Shown here: positions 38,407-48,302 of the stretch, one piece after another
Layout: each line of letters starts with the position of its first letter
Numbering within the stretch: position 1 is the first letter of the stretch
From: a virus
Taxonomy: Duplodnaviria; Caudoviricetes
Virus record (IMG/VR): IMGVR_UViG_3300050034_000334
Reading direction: 5' to 3' (one strand)
Length of the DNA: 64,000 nucleotides
Program-made: the position numbers and the translations under genes
Notes under the pieces: generated by a model
The model's database searches: none
Told to the model about the DNA's origin: nothing
What the model saw: only the letters and a program-made list of their open reading frames with translations

Positions 38407-39282
38407 ATGAGAACTAATACTGAGAAAATCTGTTCATGTGGTAAGTCATTCAGAATGACATATAGGCTGGAGGGAATTCCCACCAATAAATGTCTTGCTT
38501 GTTCCTTCCCAGAAGAAATTGCTCGAAGAAAGGAGCGTTTCAAGGGATCCAGTAATCCTAGATTTGGAAAACCAGGCACTATGAAAGGAAGAAATCCGTA
38601 TGATCTGTGGGTTGAGAAGTACGGAACGGAAGAAGCCGATCGTCGTAAATCTGAACTCAACTCTAAACAGGGACGTCCTCATACAAAGGATTGGAAAGAA
38701 GATCACAGTAGGAAAATGACTGAATCTAATTCCATGGCTGGCCGTTCTATATACTCAGTCTGGCTGGAGAACTATGGGAAGGAAGAAGCCGACTGTAGGA
38801 TGATAGCATCCAGAGCTAAATGGAGTCTAGCTTCTTCCGGATCCAACAACCCCATGTTTGGAAAACCCTCTCCTATCGGTTCCGGTTGTGGATGGAGCGG
38901 CTGGTATCGGGTTCACTACTTTCGAAGTCTCCTTGAACTCTCTTACATGCTCAAATTTGATGAGGAAGGTACTGTTTGGGAATCCGCTGAGAAGAAATAC
39001 CACAAAATTCCCTACCAGACTTCAACCGGATCTAAGAATTTCTTTCCTGATTTCTATCTTCCTCTCACAGAGGAATTTGTTGAAATCAAACCTCGAGCAT
39101 TGACGTACACAGAGGGTAATAAGGCCAAATTTGCTGCCGCCAAAAATCTCCTAGGAGATAAGTTCAAAGTGCTCACAGAAGACAACATTCACAAGATACA
39201 AGGAGATCAACTGAGTCACTTAGTTTCTTCTGGAACGGTCAAGCTACTTCCAAAATGGCAAAACCGACTTTCAATCTCGTAA
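38407..39282 (+). CDS. Putative homing endonuclease, TnsA-like PD-(D/E)XK with NUMOD3 repeats
   Basis: GSSNPRFGK/GSNNPMFGK; FRSLLEL; FFPDFYL...VEIKP. Confidence 0.75.
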   Translation: MRTNTEKICSCGKSFRMTYRLEGIPTNKCLACSFPEEIARRKERFKGSSNPRFGKPGTMKGRNPYDLWVEKYGTEEADRRKSELNSKQGRPHTKDWKEDHSRKMTESNSMAGRSIYSVWLENYGKEEADCRMIASRAKWSLASSGSNNPMFGKPSPIGSGCGWSGWYRVHYFRSLLELSYMLKFDEEGTVWESAEKKYHKIPYQTSTGSKNFFPDFYLPLTEEFVEIKPRALTYTEGNKAKFAAAKNLLGDKFKVLTEDNIHKIQGDQLSHLVSSGTVKLLPKWQNRLSIS

Positions 39283-39299
39283 CACAAGGAGAAAATTTC

Positions 39300-39854
39300 A
39301 TGGCGTCGTTTAGCATCGCATTCGCCTGGACAATGGTCTTTGAAGACCCCAAACTCCAATACGCACAAGTTGATGACGTGCCTAATCAGTATGACGGCAA
39401 TGGAAAACGGATTGGTGCATTTGCCATTTCCGGAATCAACAGTGCTGCTTTCCCCACTCAGTTTGCCAAGATCGCCCTGGTTCCTCAGTCGCAGAGAGGT
39501 CCGGATGTTCAGGCTTTCTATCAAGGTAACTTCTGGGGCATCCACTATGGTCAGCTGGCTGATGACATTGCCAAGAGATTGTTCGATGCAGGAGTCAATG
39601 CTGGAGAAGTGACCGCTGTCGAAATCTTCCAGAAGGCCATCAACTCTCTCGGTGGAACACTCAAGGTGGACGGAGGCATGGGTCCCATGACCGTGGCCGC
39701 CGCCAATGCTCTTGACATCAGTCATCTGGTTTCAGCCTTTCAGAACTTCCGTCTGGCTCACTACCAAGACATCGTGGCCAAGAATCCCAACGATGCTAAA
39801 TTCCTCGGCACTGCTGCCAAACCTGGTCCTTGGTGGAAGAGAGCGATGGCCTAA
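39300..39854 (+). CDS. Endolysin, glycoside hydrolase family 108 with peptidoglycan-binding domain
   Basis: FE.P...SGI...FY...FW...LFDAGVNAG...FQKAI...KVDGGMGPMT; AAGGAG RBS before ATG 39300. Confidence 0.85.
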   Translation: MASFSIAFAWTMVFEDPKLQYAQVDDVPNQYDGNGKRIGAFAISGINSAAFPTQFAKIALVPQSQRGPDVQAFYQGNFWGIHYGQLADDIAKRLFDAGVNAGEVTAVEIFQKAINSLGGTLKVDGGMGPMTVAAANALDISHLVSAFQNFRLAHYQDIVAKNPNDAKFLGTAAKPGPWWKRAMA

Positions 39855-39889
39855 TCATCCAGGGTGAACATAGGTTCGTCCTGTTCCAG

Positions 39890-40420
39890 TCAGGTATCAA
39901 GCAAGTCTCCCATGTCCTTCACTTTGGCCATTTCTATGTCGCGCCGCCGCTCGTTGGGAGACTTGCGGGTCTTGTTCAGAGGAAGTGATTGCAGGCGGGA
40001 GACGGCCTCATTGAAATTCAAGCCATCTTCCAACTGCTCATCAGAGATGTCTCCCTTGCGATGAAGGAACTCGGCAACTGTGCCCAGCAGGATCCTAAGT
40101 TGATCCACAGCAATCACTGCTGTAGGATTAGGACGAGCAGCCGCTTCGGCAATCTGGTGCTGGGCATACTCCTCGGGATAGTAGAAGAGCATCGCTTTGG
40201 TCAGGTAGGACTGAGACTTGAGCAGATCCTGGAAGCCGTTCTTGTCCTGATGACGATCAATGTACTTGCTGATCTGAGCATCCAGGTACGGAAGTCCGGC
40301 TGCGTAGTCCCAGTGCTGAATGATCCCTGAGCAATGAGGGCATTTGGACTTCTTGTTGTAATGACTTCCACCAACCTGCTTCACTGGATGGTCTTCGATA
40401 TTTGGCATGAGATCCTCCAT
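39890..40420 (-). CDS. DUF3310-like protein
   Basis: KQVGGSHY...IQHWDY...ISKYIDRHQDKNGFQDLLKSQSYL. Confidence 0.75.
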   Translation of the reverse strand: MEDLMPNIEDHPVKQVGGSHYNKKSKCPHCSGIIQHWDYAAGLPYLDAQISKYIDRHQDKNGFQDLLKSQSYLTKAMLFYYPEEYAQHQIAEAAARPNPTAVIAVDQLRILLGTVAEFLHRKGDISDEQLEDGLNFNEAVSRLQSLPLNKTRKSPNERRRDIEMAKVKDMGDLLDT

Positions 40421-40441
40421 TTGACTATTACTGTGGAAATC

Positions 40442-41038
40442 TCAGTTCTGCCAAATCCAAACCCGGTTCAATTCAGGAGAAGTGGCACGACTGCGGATGA
40501 AGGAAAGATTGTACTCTTCGTGAGGCAGAGCCATAATCTTCTTCTGTCCATGAATCTTCACGTTTCATACATTTCCACCTGACTCTGGAGGAGGAAGGTT
40601 CTGGTCGATCCACTCAGTGACCCATGAGGCAATCACAACTTCTGGTTGATAGAAGTCAACTGCTTCCACTGCGTCTAGGGTGTGAACCTCGCTGGGATAC
40701 TTTATGACAGGCTGTCTCATGATTGCATAGTGCTGGCGGATCTCTGGCCATTCCTGCATCCTGTTGTCTGTTGCAGCTATACCCAAATAGTGAGCCAGGT
40801 CTCCAGAACCAGCACCAATCTCAATTGCTTTTCTTCCGTTGATACGCTCACGAAGCCATGCCACGAGTTCAGTAGTCGGCAGCCCATACCTGGCATTCTG
40901 ATTGCACCAGACTCGCAAGGCGTCATGTGAAATCTGATCGTAGGATTCAGCGGGAAGCAACTTGAGTCTGCCATTCGCTTCCAGAAGATCCGGAAGAGAC
41001 AATGAGTTCGAAAGGATGCTGATTTCCACTGAATTCAT
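40442..41038 (-). CDS. Class I SAM-dependent methyltransferase-like gene with in-frame TGA at 40565
   Basis: AIEIGAGSG motif I; frame stays open 40 codons past GGNV* (NVKIHGQKK...VWIWQN*). Confidence 0.6.
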
Positions 41039-41295
41039 CTCTCTTCCATAAGTTTGTCGACCTCTTCGTCGTCAGCAATTTGCTTCTTCTGGATCTCGTC
41101 CTTGATCCTTGCATACTCGGTTTTCAGGGCCTCTCCCTGGCAATCCTTTGCATGGGTGATCTCAGACCCTCCCTTGCCGCCCACGTCGGAATGACCGCAG
41201 AAATGGCAGCGGGTACGACCCCAATCAATGTCGTAGTAATACTGGTACTTCTCTACAAACTGCATTGCCTGTTCGGTGACACTCTCAACGCTCAT
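41035..41295 (-). CDS. Small hypothetical protein
   Basis: 86 aa with CHFCG...H...C. Confidence 0.65.
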   Translation of the reverse strand: MSVESVTEQAMQFVEKYQYYYDIDWGRTRCHFCGHSDVGGKGGSEITHAKDCQGEALKTEYARIKDEIQKKQIADDEEVDKLMEER

Positions 41296-41313
41296 AGTTT
41301 TCTCTACGGAATT

Positions 41314-42027
41314 TCATGCCAGAGCGGGTACAAATTCGATATCCCATCTATCACATGATTCCTTTGAGAGAAATTGACCCATCGCTCGCCTAGTCATCAT
41401 CTGATTGCGAATACTTTTGCGGATTTGTTCAGGAGAGTTTACCTGCCCTTTGTGTGATTCACTAAGTCTGTCAACTGTTTCCTGTGAGGCTTTCTGGCCT
41501 ATCCTCCGACTTCGAATATCAGCAATCTGCTGTTCTGACCAAGGGTTTTCTCTTCGTATCTTGGACAACAATTGCTTCTGTTCAGCACTCATAGGCCCTT
41601 TTGTCTTGCCTCTCTGTACATCACCAATTTTCTTTCTGGAGGCTGCTGTATGACAGTAGTTCCCCCTTCTTCTTCGAGTTTCAACTCTTTTTCGTATTTC
41701 TTCTTGAGACTGAACTCTTCCAGCACCACTGTACGCCTTAGCTAGACTGTTGTATCCATTGTGGAAAGCATCTAGCTTATCAATCCAGAATTGTTCTCGT
41801 TCTTCCAATTTTGCTCTGTTTGGGTTAGTAATTTCTTCAAGCACATTCCAATCCCAAACCTCTGAACCATACTTCTTCCAGGAACGAAGCAGCTTTGGGC
41901 CGGTGTGGCTCCCGTCTTTGAATCCTTGAATATGAATTTGCCATCTTCCATAAATATCCACAGAACTTCCAACGTAGGACTTCTTGGAATTCCGATTGTA
42001 TATTTGATATACACCAGCAGTCTTCAC
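41314..42027 (-). CDS. GIY-YIG homing endonuclease with NUMOD3
   Basis: GVYQIYNRNSKKSYVGSS; REQFWIDKL; GGAGGT RBS. Confidence 0.9.
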   Translation of the reverse strand: MKTAGVYQIYNRNSKKSYVGSSVDIYGRWQIHIQGFKDGSHTGPKLLRSWKKYGSEVWDWNVLEEITNPNRAKLEEREQFWIDKLDAFHNGYNSLAKAYSGAGRVQSQEEIRKRVETRRRRGNYCHTAASRKKIGDVQRGKTKGPMSAEQKQLLSKIRRENPWSEQQIADIRSRRIGQKASQETVDRLSESHKGQVNSPEQIRKSIRNQMMTRRAMGQFLSKESCDRWDIEFVPALA

Positions 42028-42059
42028 TCTTCGTCTACCTCCAGAATCGGAAGCAGAAG

Positions 42060-44183
42060 TCAGGAAATTCCTAACATCGTCAAAAAGCGACTTGGCTCAA
42101 CCGGGGTCTTAGTCCATCCTGTGCTAGTCTTCTTCAGAAGAAAAGTTGGTACACAGATAGTCACTTTGTTTCTGGCCCTAGTGAGTGCCACGTAAAATAG
42201 GCGCATTTCTTCCTCGATTTCTGTTTCATTTCCCATCGAATACATATGGGGCAATGAGCCTTCATAACAGTTCGTTAGAAAAATCGCATCCCATTCTAAT
42301 CCCTTGGCCTTGTGAATGGTGGAGATGACCACACGACCATCCTTGTCTTCATCCTTGGCCTGTTCATCCATGGACAACTGAAAGACCACGTCTGCCAAGT
42401 TCATGATGTTCGTTTCAAGGAGACCGACTACGAGGAGCGCGAGCCGCTCGAGGTTCTCGAGCTTGATGGTCAGCTTCTCAACATCCTTCCTGTACTTGTC
42501 TCTGAGATAGTTGCTGTATCCCGAGAGCTTGATTGCGAAGTCGAATGCGTTGACCGGGTCATCGTGTTTCTGCTGGATGTGCTTGACGATATCGACGAAG
42601 GCACCGGCCTTGTCTTTGTTCACTGCCCAGCATCCCGACAGGAGATCCCCGGCGAACTGCTTGTTGGCAACGTCACGAATTTTCTCTAGGGCGACCGTAC
42701 CAAGACCTCTCTTGGGAGCCGCTATCGCTCGATTCAAAGCCATGAAATCCTTGGGATTGACCGCCAGTCGGAGATAAGCAAGGACATCACGGACCTCCTC
42801 GGTCTGAAGAAGTCCTTGGCCGCCGCGCACCACATAGGGGATGCGCAACTTGACCAGTTCGGCCTCTAGGTCGCGAACCTGGCTCTTGCCCGATCTGACA
42901 AGGATTGCGTTCTCCTTGTAGGGAGTCGTCTGCCGATCACGATAGATCTGTGAAGCGATCCGATTGGCGATCTCCCGGGGAGTACCGTCGTCCTCTCCAC
43001 CCTTCATCAAGCTGGTGGTGCCTGTGTGTCCCAGTTCTCCTCTGGCAGAGGCCATCTGTAGAGGGATAGTCATCACCATTTTCTTCTGCACAGCGTTCGC
43101 TAGACCAACGATCTCAGGCACGCTCCGGTAGTTCTGAGCGAGCCGGTAGAGTGTTGGGGTTACACCACGCCACTTCTCACTGTAAGCCTTGAGGATCTCT
43201 GGAGCAGCGCCGTTGAAGCCGTAGATACTTTGTGACAAATCTCCTACAACGAACAAGTTGAAATTGTCCACAGGAATGAGAGATTCCACAAACTGCCATT
43301 GAACCGGACTAAGGTCCTGAACCTCGTCCACAAGGACATAGTTGAACATCTTGGCCCAAGCAGTTGCCCAGGATTTATCAGCCTGAACACGTCGCACCAC
43401 TAGATGGAGCATGTCCGAAAAATCTAATGTAGACGTGGCTTGTTTTTCATCTTCGAACTTCTTCCACAGATAAACTACCTCAGAATCAAGAGCATGATAT
43501 CCTGAATGACTATGCAGGGATTGCTGATGAATTTCAGCAGTATAATCAGTTGAAAACCCAACTCCTCTGGCACGATGATAGGCAATTCGTTCAAGCAAAT
43601 TCCAGGGATTGAACTGATCACGATCACTTTCTTTAATTTCACGATCGATGATCTTTTTAAGCAGGATACCCTGATCATAGTCATCTAGTAGAGACACTCT
43701 CTCCTGCAGACCAAATCCTCTAGGATTTCTTCTAATTGCTGCCAGAGCCAACGAGTGAATTGTGGATACTCGAGGCACTCTATCTCTAGGGGTGTCAACA
43801 GTGACTCCTAGTCTATCAGCCATCTCGTTTGCAGCTTTATTGGTGAAAGTTAGAGCAGCTAATTTGCGAGGTTCTTGTCCGGCCTCTGCAATGAGCCATC
43901 TCACTCTTTCAGTAAGAACTAGAGTTTTTCCACTACCTGCTCCAGCAATCAAGCACACCGGGGATCCTACAGGATGTCTAACCACAAGTTGTTGTTCTTC
44001 GTTCATGATAATCTCCAATACTAAACTTCCTGAACCAAGGATCACAGTTCCTTTGCAGCCATTCATGAAGCAGAATCCTCCAATCGAAGGAAATTTAGAC
44101 TCTGCTCCACACTTGGGACATGTACCCGGTTTGGTGAGAAGGTTCGCAATCTGACTTTGTTGCAAAACCTTGAGGCGAGTCAT
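42060..44183 (-). CDS. uvrD: UvrD/PcrA superfamily 1 helicase
   Basis: AGAGSGKT, LTFTNKAA, STIHSLA, VDEVQD, VGDLSQSIYGF, NYRS, STIHKAKGLEW, RLFYVALTRA. Confidence 0.95.
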   Translation of the reverse strand: MTRLKVLQQSQIANLLTKPGTCPKCGAESKFPSIGGFCFMNGCKGTVILGSGSLVLEIIMNEEQQLVVRHPVGSPVCLIAGAGSGKTLVLTERVRWLIAEAGQEPRKLAALTFTNKAANEMADRLGVTVDTPRDRVPRVSTIHSLALAAIRRNPRGFGLQERVSLLDDYDQGILLKKIIDREIKESDRDQFNPWNLLERIAYHRARGVGFSTDYTAEIHQQSLHSHSGYHALDSEVVYLWKKFEDEKQATSTLDFSDMLHLVVRRVQADKSWATAWAKMFNYVLVDEVQDLSPVQWQFVESLIPVDNFNLFVVGDLSQSIYGFNGAAPEILKAYSEKWRGVTPTLYRLAQNYRSVPEIVGLANAVQKKMVMTIPLQMASARGELGHTGTTSLMKGGEDDGTPREIANRIASQIYRDRQTTPYKENAILVRSGKSQVRDLEAELVKLRIPYVVRGGQGLLQTEEVRDVLAYLRLAVNPKDFMALNRAIAAPKRGLGTVALEKIRDVANKQFAGDLLSGCWAVNKDKAGAFVDIVKHIQQKHDDPVNAFDFAIKLSGYSNYLRDKYRKDVEKLTIKLENLERLALLVVGLLETNIMNLADVVFQLSMDEQAKDEDKDGRVVISTIHKAKGLEWDAIFLTNCYEGSLPHMYSMGNETEIEEEMRLFYVALTRARNKVTICVPTFLLKKTSTGWTKTPVEPSRFLTMLGIS

Positions 44184-44461
44184 TCCTTGTAACCAGAAAG
44201 TATTTCGGCTGTGTCTCGGTCAATCAGCACATACCGACATGATCTTGAATCCCTCGGATCTGTGAAACAGGCAAATTCACTCGCATCGTAGCAGAAACCC
44301 GCTGCCTCAAATGCTCCATTGTTCACCACAGCGATGAGTGCTTTCCCTGCTGGGATATCCTCATAGGTTTTGGGTGCAGAGGCCAGGAGCACTCCGTTGT
44401 ACTTCTCGGCTATTTCCTGAGCCTTGCCATGGTTGTAGTCTGTCTGAATGTAGTAACCCAT
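44180..44461 (-). CDS. Hypothetical protein
   Basis: 93 aa; AAAGGGG RBS; upstream TTGTTC-N17-TATATA. Confidence 0.7.
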   Translation of the reverse strand: MGYYIQTDYNHGKAQEIAEKYNGVLLASAPKTYEDIPAGKALIAVVNNGAFEAAGFCYDASEFACFTDPRDSRSCRYVLIDRDTAEILSGYKE

Positions 44462-44494
44462 GATTTTTGCCCCCTTTGAGGTATATACTGATGT

Positions 44495-45136
44495 TCAGTT
44501 CACTGAACAAGTGAAACCTTTGGGAAGATCTTGCAAGTCATACCGCAGGAGTTTGCTACCGGCGATGCATCTCACGATTTCGTCAGGAGTCACAGGGCAG
44601 ACCGGAGGATAGGGACTTTCCTTGAGAGTCTGAACCACCTGTCCCGGGATACGACCCACAGAGTACTCAGGACGCATGATGAGCGGAGCATCCACGCAAA
44701 CTTCGCGGCCTCTGATCATCTTTCCCTTCTCGTCGCGAACCTCAGGTGTGATTCCCCAGAGCAGATGACCCAGGGCATGGTGCATCATCATGCCGGCATA
44801 GGTTCCTGCCAGACTCTTGATCCTCTTGCATCCACGCTTGATCGCTTCGGCCTCGACAACCTTGTAGAGTTCCGTGGCATATCCTTTGCGACGGATGGCG
44901 ACCGGAGTGTAGGCTGTGTACCAGTTGGCATAGGGTTCCCAGATGTTCTTGCTCTTCTTGCCGAAATAGGTGACATTCAGCGTGAGCAGGGCACCAGCCG
45001 GGTCACGGAGGATATAGAGGGGTGCCCCTCTGAAGACTCCCATATCAACTTCTGACAGGACTGAGGATTTCTCTCCGATATCCTTGACGATCCTTCTGGC
45101 TTCTTTGGGCTCAGTTACGATTTCAATCGTGTTCAC
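44495..45136 (-). CDS. GNAT-family acetyltransferase
   Basis: YTPVAIRRKGYATELY acetyl-CoA motif A; GTG start overlaps the TGA of the upstream gene (GTGA), GGAG RBS. Confidence 0.75.
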   Translation of the reverse strand: MNTIEIVTEPKEARRIVKDIGEKSSVLSEVDMGVFRGAPLYILRDPAGALLTLNVTYFGKKSKNIWEPYANWYTAYTPVAIRRKGYATELYKVVEAEAIKRGCKRIKSLAGTYAGMMMHHALGHLLWGITPEVRDEKGKMIRGREVCVDAPLIMRPEYSVGRIPGQVVQTLKESPYPPVCPVTPDEIVRCIAGSKLLRYDLQDLPKGFTCSVN

Positions 45137-47010
45137 TTGGACACTCCAATCGGTGCGTTGGGTAGCAGTCCTCGATTGATCATCGGCCACAAGCCGATCA
45201 TTCGACCTTCATCTCTAAGGACGTGCTCCATGGATCGGGTAACTCTGACTCTTGGAGGATCTACCAACTCTCCAAGATACTCATGAATGAGGTTTTCTTT
45301 CCTGAATTGCCATAGAACATTCCAGTCTATTCCGCTGGTGATATCCTGCTGATCTTGCATCTGCTGAATCTCGTCCGCCATTCGATCAAGGTAGTATGGC
45401 AGATAGCGACCTTTGGTGGTCCGGAAGTATCCCTTGTATGCACACAGACACGACTCCATGAACCAGTGATCCATGCCCAGCAGAGGGTACTCAACTTGGA
45501 TCTCCTTGATCAGAATTTCGAGCTCTTTCTCGAGCCAAGCCCACTGCTCCTTGTTGAGTTTTTCGAAGGCCCAATCGGCTTTGCCCAGGACGATGCAGAG
45601 GCCAGCGCGTGGCGAGTCAGCTTCTTTAAGGAAGACTGTGTCAGCCTGGAGAGGCATTCCCATACAGCGAGCAAGGCACTCAGTGTAGATGTACACACTG
45701 TAACGACCGAAGCGCATGAATTGGTTCAGGGCCTTGGTCACGTTGTGGAAGTTCTCAATCTTGTTGGTGGAGGTGAGGTGCTTGGCGAAGAATTCCTCCT
45801 GGGCAGTCGAGGTCTGTTTGCCCATCTGCTTGACATAGTCCTCGAACATCTCCACGAAGTGACCCTTGAGATACTTCCGGTCCGTGTTGTACCTCAGCTT
45901 CTTCCAGTTCTCAGTATGCCAACGACGGAGCCGCCCGATGTCGATCTTCTCGAACTCAGGAAATTCCTGCATCACATAGAAGACAGAGCCGGGGTGATAG
46001 AACACTCCATACAAGTAACAAATCCAGTACTCCTGACTCTTTGACATCTCCCACCGGCGGAAGACGTAGTTCAGCAGAGCATAGTTTGGATCTATCTCCC
46101 AGGAGGCCACGGAGGATACACAGTACCTTTTGAATGAGTCACGAAGAGCCTTGCGATGGTCTCCTCCGGTCCAAATTGGGAGGTCAAGAATCACATGCTT
46201 GCTGTCAAAAGGGACCGAATGCTTGCTCATCATGACGTTCGCAATGGGAGGTCTCTCAAATCTCTTCTCAGGAGCATAGTACGTTTTGTATCTCTGAGAA
46301 CTGACGGACTTTCCTGTACCAGAGAAGGTGTATATGGTGTAAGGTTCACACTCCTGAACTGTACACTTGTGTCCCTCGAACTCGAAGGCTCTCATGATGA
46401 TGTCCTGAGTGGAAGCGAATCCTTGCATGGACAATTCAGGACAGTCAAACATCCACAAAGGTCTCAAGTGGTCCCGCATCAGATAGATGGACCCCAGATA
46501 GTCTAGGAATCCACAAGCAAAGATAGGAGGAGCCACTTCATAAACTTTTCGAAAAGCCTCAGCAATGGTGCCTTTCAATGCATGACGTAAGAATATCTCG
46601 GAGTCATTGGCGGTCTCGGTGTCGATCTTGTAATCGGCTTCGAACTCTTCCTTGGTCGCCATAGACACCAGACCGTTATGGACGATCGCCAGCTGCGGAG
46701 TGCTGAGAGGCTGAGTGTTATTGTTGTCATGCCAGTCTCCACTGGTGGAGTACCGGCAATGTCCAATCATGGTCTTCGGAATCTTGCAAGACAGATCCGT
46801 CCAGCCAGCCGTTTCCAGCAGGGCCTCAGCACAAATTGGCGCCTTGAAGGTCTTGACCTCTCCCTGTTGCCAGGTTGGACCTTCCACCCAAGACACCCCA
46901 GACGCGTGCTTCCCACGAACCTGAGCCTCAATCATCAGCCGCTCAAATACCTTGAAGGCATCGTGTGCTCGGTCAGTATTGTACAGCTTGTACCCAACGA
47001 TTCCGCACAT
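45133..47010 (-). CDS. Class II glutamine amidotransferase fused to amino acid:DNA transferase (aGPT-Pplase2-like) domain
   Basis: MCGIVG, GHCRYSTSG, HNG, DSE; C-half DPNY, FGRYSVYIYTECL, SPRAGLC, ESCLCAYKG, GRYLPYYLDR. Confidence 0.75.
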   Translation of the reverse strand: MCGIVGYKLYNTDRAHDAFKVFERLMIEAQVRGKHASGVSWVEGPTWQQGEVKTFKAPICAEALLETAGWTDLSCKIPKTMIGHCRYSTSGDWHDNNNTQPLSTPQLAIVHNGLVSMATKEEFEADYKIDTETANDSEIFLRHALKGTIAEAFRKVYEVAPPIFACGFLDYLGSIYLMRDHLRPLWMFDCPELSMQGFASTQDIIMRAFEFEGHKCTVQECEPYTIYTFSGTGKSVSSQRYKTYYAPEKRFERPPIANVMMSKHSVPFDSKHVILDLPIWTGGDHRKALRDSFKRYCVSSVASWEIDPNYALLNYVFRRWEMSKSQEYWICYLYGVFYHPGSVFYVMQEFPEFEKIDIGRLRRWHTENWKKLRYNTDRKYLKGHFVEMFEDYVKQMGKQTSTAQEEFFAKHLTSTNKIENFHNVTKALNQFMRFGRYSVYIYTECLARCMGMPLQADTVFLKEADSPRAGLCIVLGKADWAFEKLNKEQWAWLEKELEILIKEIQVEYPLLGMDHWFMESCLCAYKGYFRTTKGRYLPYYLDRMADEIQQMQDQQDITSGIDWNVLWQFRKENLIHEYLGELVDPPRVRVTRSMEHVLRDEGRMIGLWPMINRGLLPNAPIGVSK

Positions 47011-47059
47011 AGATTCCTAATCGTCCCCAGTTAGTCAATACTGGAAAATCGAGGATTAT

Positions 47060-47257
47060 CTAGATTTGGGTCATCTTCTCTTGAAGAACAGCGAGCCCAT
47101 CCAGCACCATTGCCACAAGCAGCGTTTGGCGATGGACGTTCAATCTCAGAGCATGCTCTTCGATCAGATTCGCTTGCGACTCAGGAATTCGCAACGTGAA
47201 CGCCTTGAATGGTTCTTTCTTTCCCAGGTTATTCACCAGATTTTCAACGTAGCTCAT
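47060..47257 (-). CDS. Ribbon-helix-helix-like DNA-binding protein
   Basis: FTLRIPESQANLIEEHALRLNVHRQTLL; ATGA overlap with Nudix stop. Confidence 0.5.
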   Translation of the reverse strand: MSYVENLVNNLGKKEPFKAFTLRIPESQANLIEEHALRLNVHRQTLLVAMVLDGLAVLQEKMTQI

Positions 47258-47709
47258 AACCACCCCATGTGTCGAAACTTCTCGATGCACGGATACCAGA
47301 TCTTGTCCTGCAGCTTCGGCAAATCTGTTACTGGGACCCACTGCCAGTCGCTACTCTTGGTTGGCTCTGTGTTGACCGGCTCGCCGCCGATCCATTCTCC
47401 GACGAAGTAGATCGTGATGTAATGCTTGCCCTGTTCCCGACTGATGTCCTCGGTGAATCCGACGAGATGGACTTTTCCCAAAGTTAGACCCGTCTCTTCT
47501 TCGGTCTCACGACGAGCCGCTTCAGATGCCAACTCGTACTTCTCTACATGACCGCCTGGTAAACTGAGGAATCCATATCCGTATTCCTTCCTGCGAATTC
47601 CCAACAGGATGTACTCCAGCCCAATCCCTTCCGGGTCTCCACCAGGAAGGTACTTGTGGACGATCATGCCGGTGCCAACACCGGGCCTCTCAATAGAGTC
47701 TGAACTCAC
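47254..47709 (-). CDS. Nudix hydrolase
   Basis: GGHVEKYELASEAARRETEEETG Nudix box. Confidence 0.92.
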   Translation of the reverse strand: MSSDSIERPGVGTGMIVHKYLPGGDPEGIGLEYILLGIRRKEYGYGFLSLPGGHVEKYELASEAARRETEEETGLTLGKVHLVGFTEDISREQGKHYITIYFVGEWIGGEPVNTEPTKSSDWQWVPVTDLPKLQDKIWYPCIEKFRHMGWL

Positions 47710-48302
47710 TGTTTGCCTCTGGCTTTCTCTACAGTTTCCCGATCGATGGCCGGGTATTCAAAGACGATAGGCATCTTCCGCTTGGCGACTTCAACCTTGA
47801 CCCAGAGCGGATGACCTTGGAAGATCACTTGGCCGGTGCGATAGGCAATGGCGAGCACTTGTTCTTGACGAGGACCGTTGCTCTCGTATGGAACGATTAT
47901 GACACCATGATCAATGGCGATTTGTTCGTCAGTGATGTGGTAGGTGTGCTTGACCGCCAGCGGACCTTTGCTGGGCTTGAAGAGATTGCCAAATGCTGCC
48001 AGAGCCCAGGCGACCTGAAATCTCTGGTAGACTGTTCGCTTCTCAGGAAAGTTGATGAAGTCGACATATCCGAACCCAGGACGCAAGGTTTGTTCGTCGA
48101 GCCATGACTTCGCAGCAAGGAATTCCTCGATGGTCACATCACCATCAATCTTGGGTGTCGGATCCTCAGAAGTGGCACTCAAACCCAGTAGCCTTGAGGC
48201 TGTGTCCTTGAGGGCTTGAAAATTGAACCACCGGCGATATGCTTTCTCGCTGTAGTCCTCATCCGGCTTCTTCAACTGTGCTGCTGTGGCTCTCTTGAAC
48301 AT
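47706..48302 (-). CDS. Hypothetical protein
   Basis: 198 aa, coupled overlaps with neighbours. Confidence 0.7.
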   Translation of the reverse strand: MFKRATAAQLKKPDEDYSEKAYRRWFNFQALKDTASRLLGLSATSEDPTPKIDGDVTIEEFLAAKSWLDEQTLRPGFGYVDFINFPEKRTVYQRFQVAWALAAFGNLFKPSKGPLAVKHTYHITDEQIAIDHGVIIVPYESNGPRQEQVLAIAYRTGQVIFQGHPLWVKVEVAKRKMPIVFEYPAIDRETVEKARGKQ

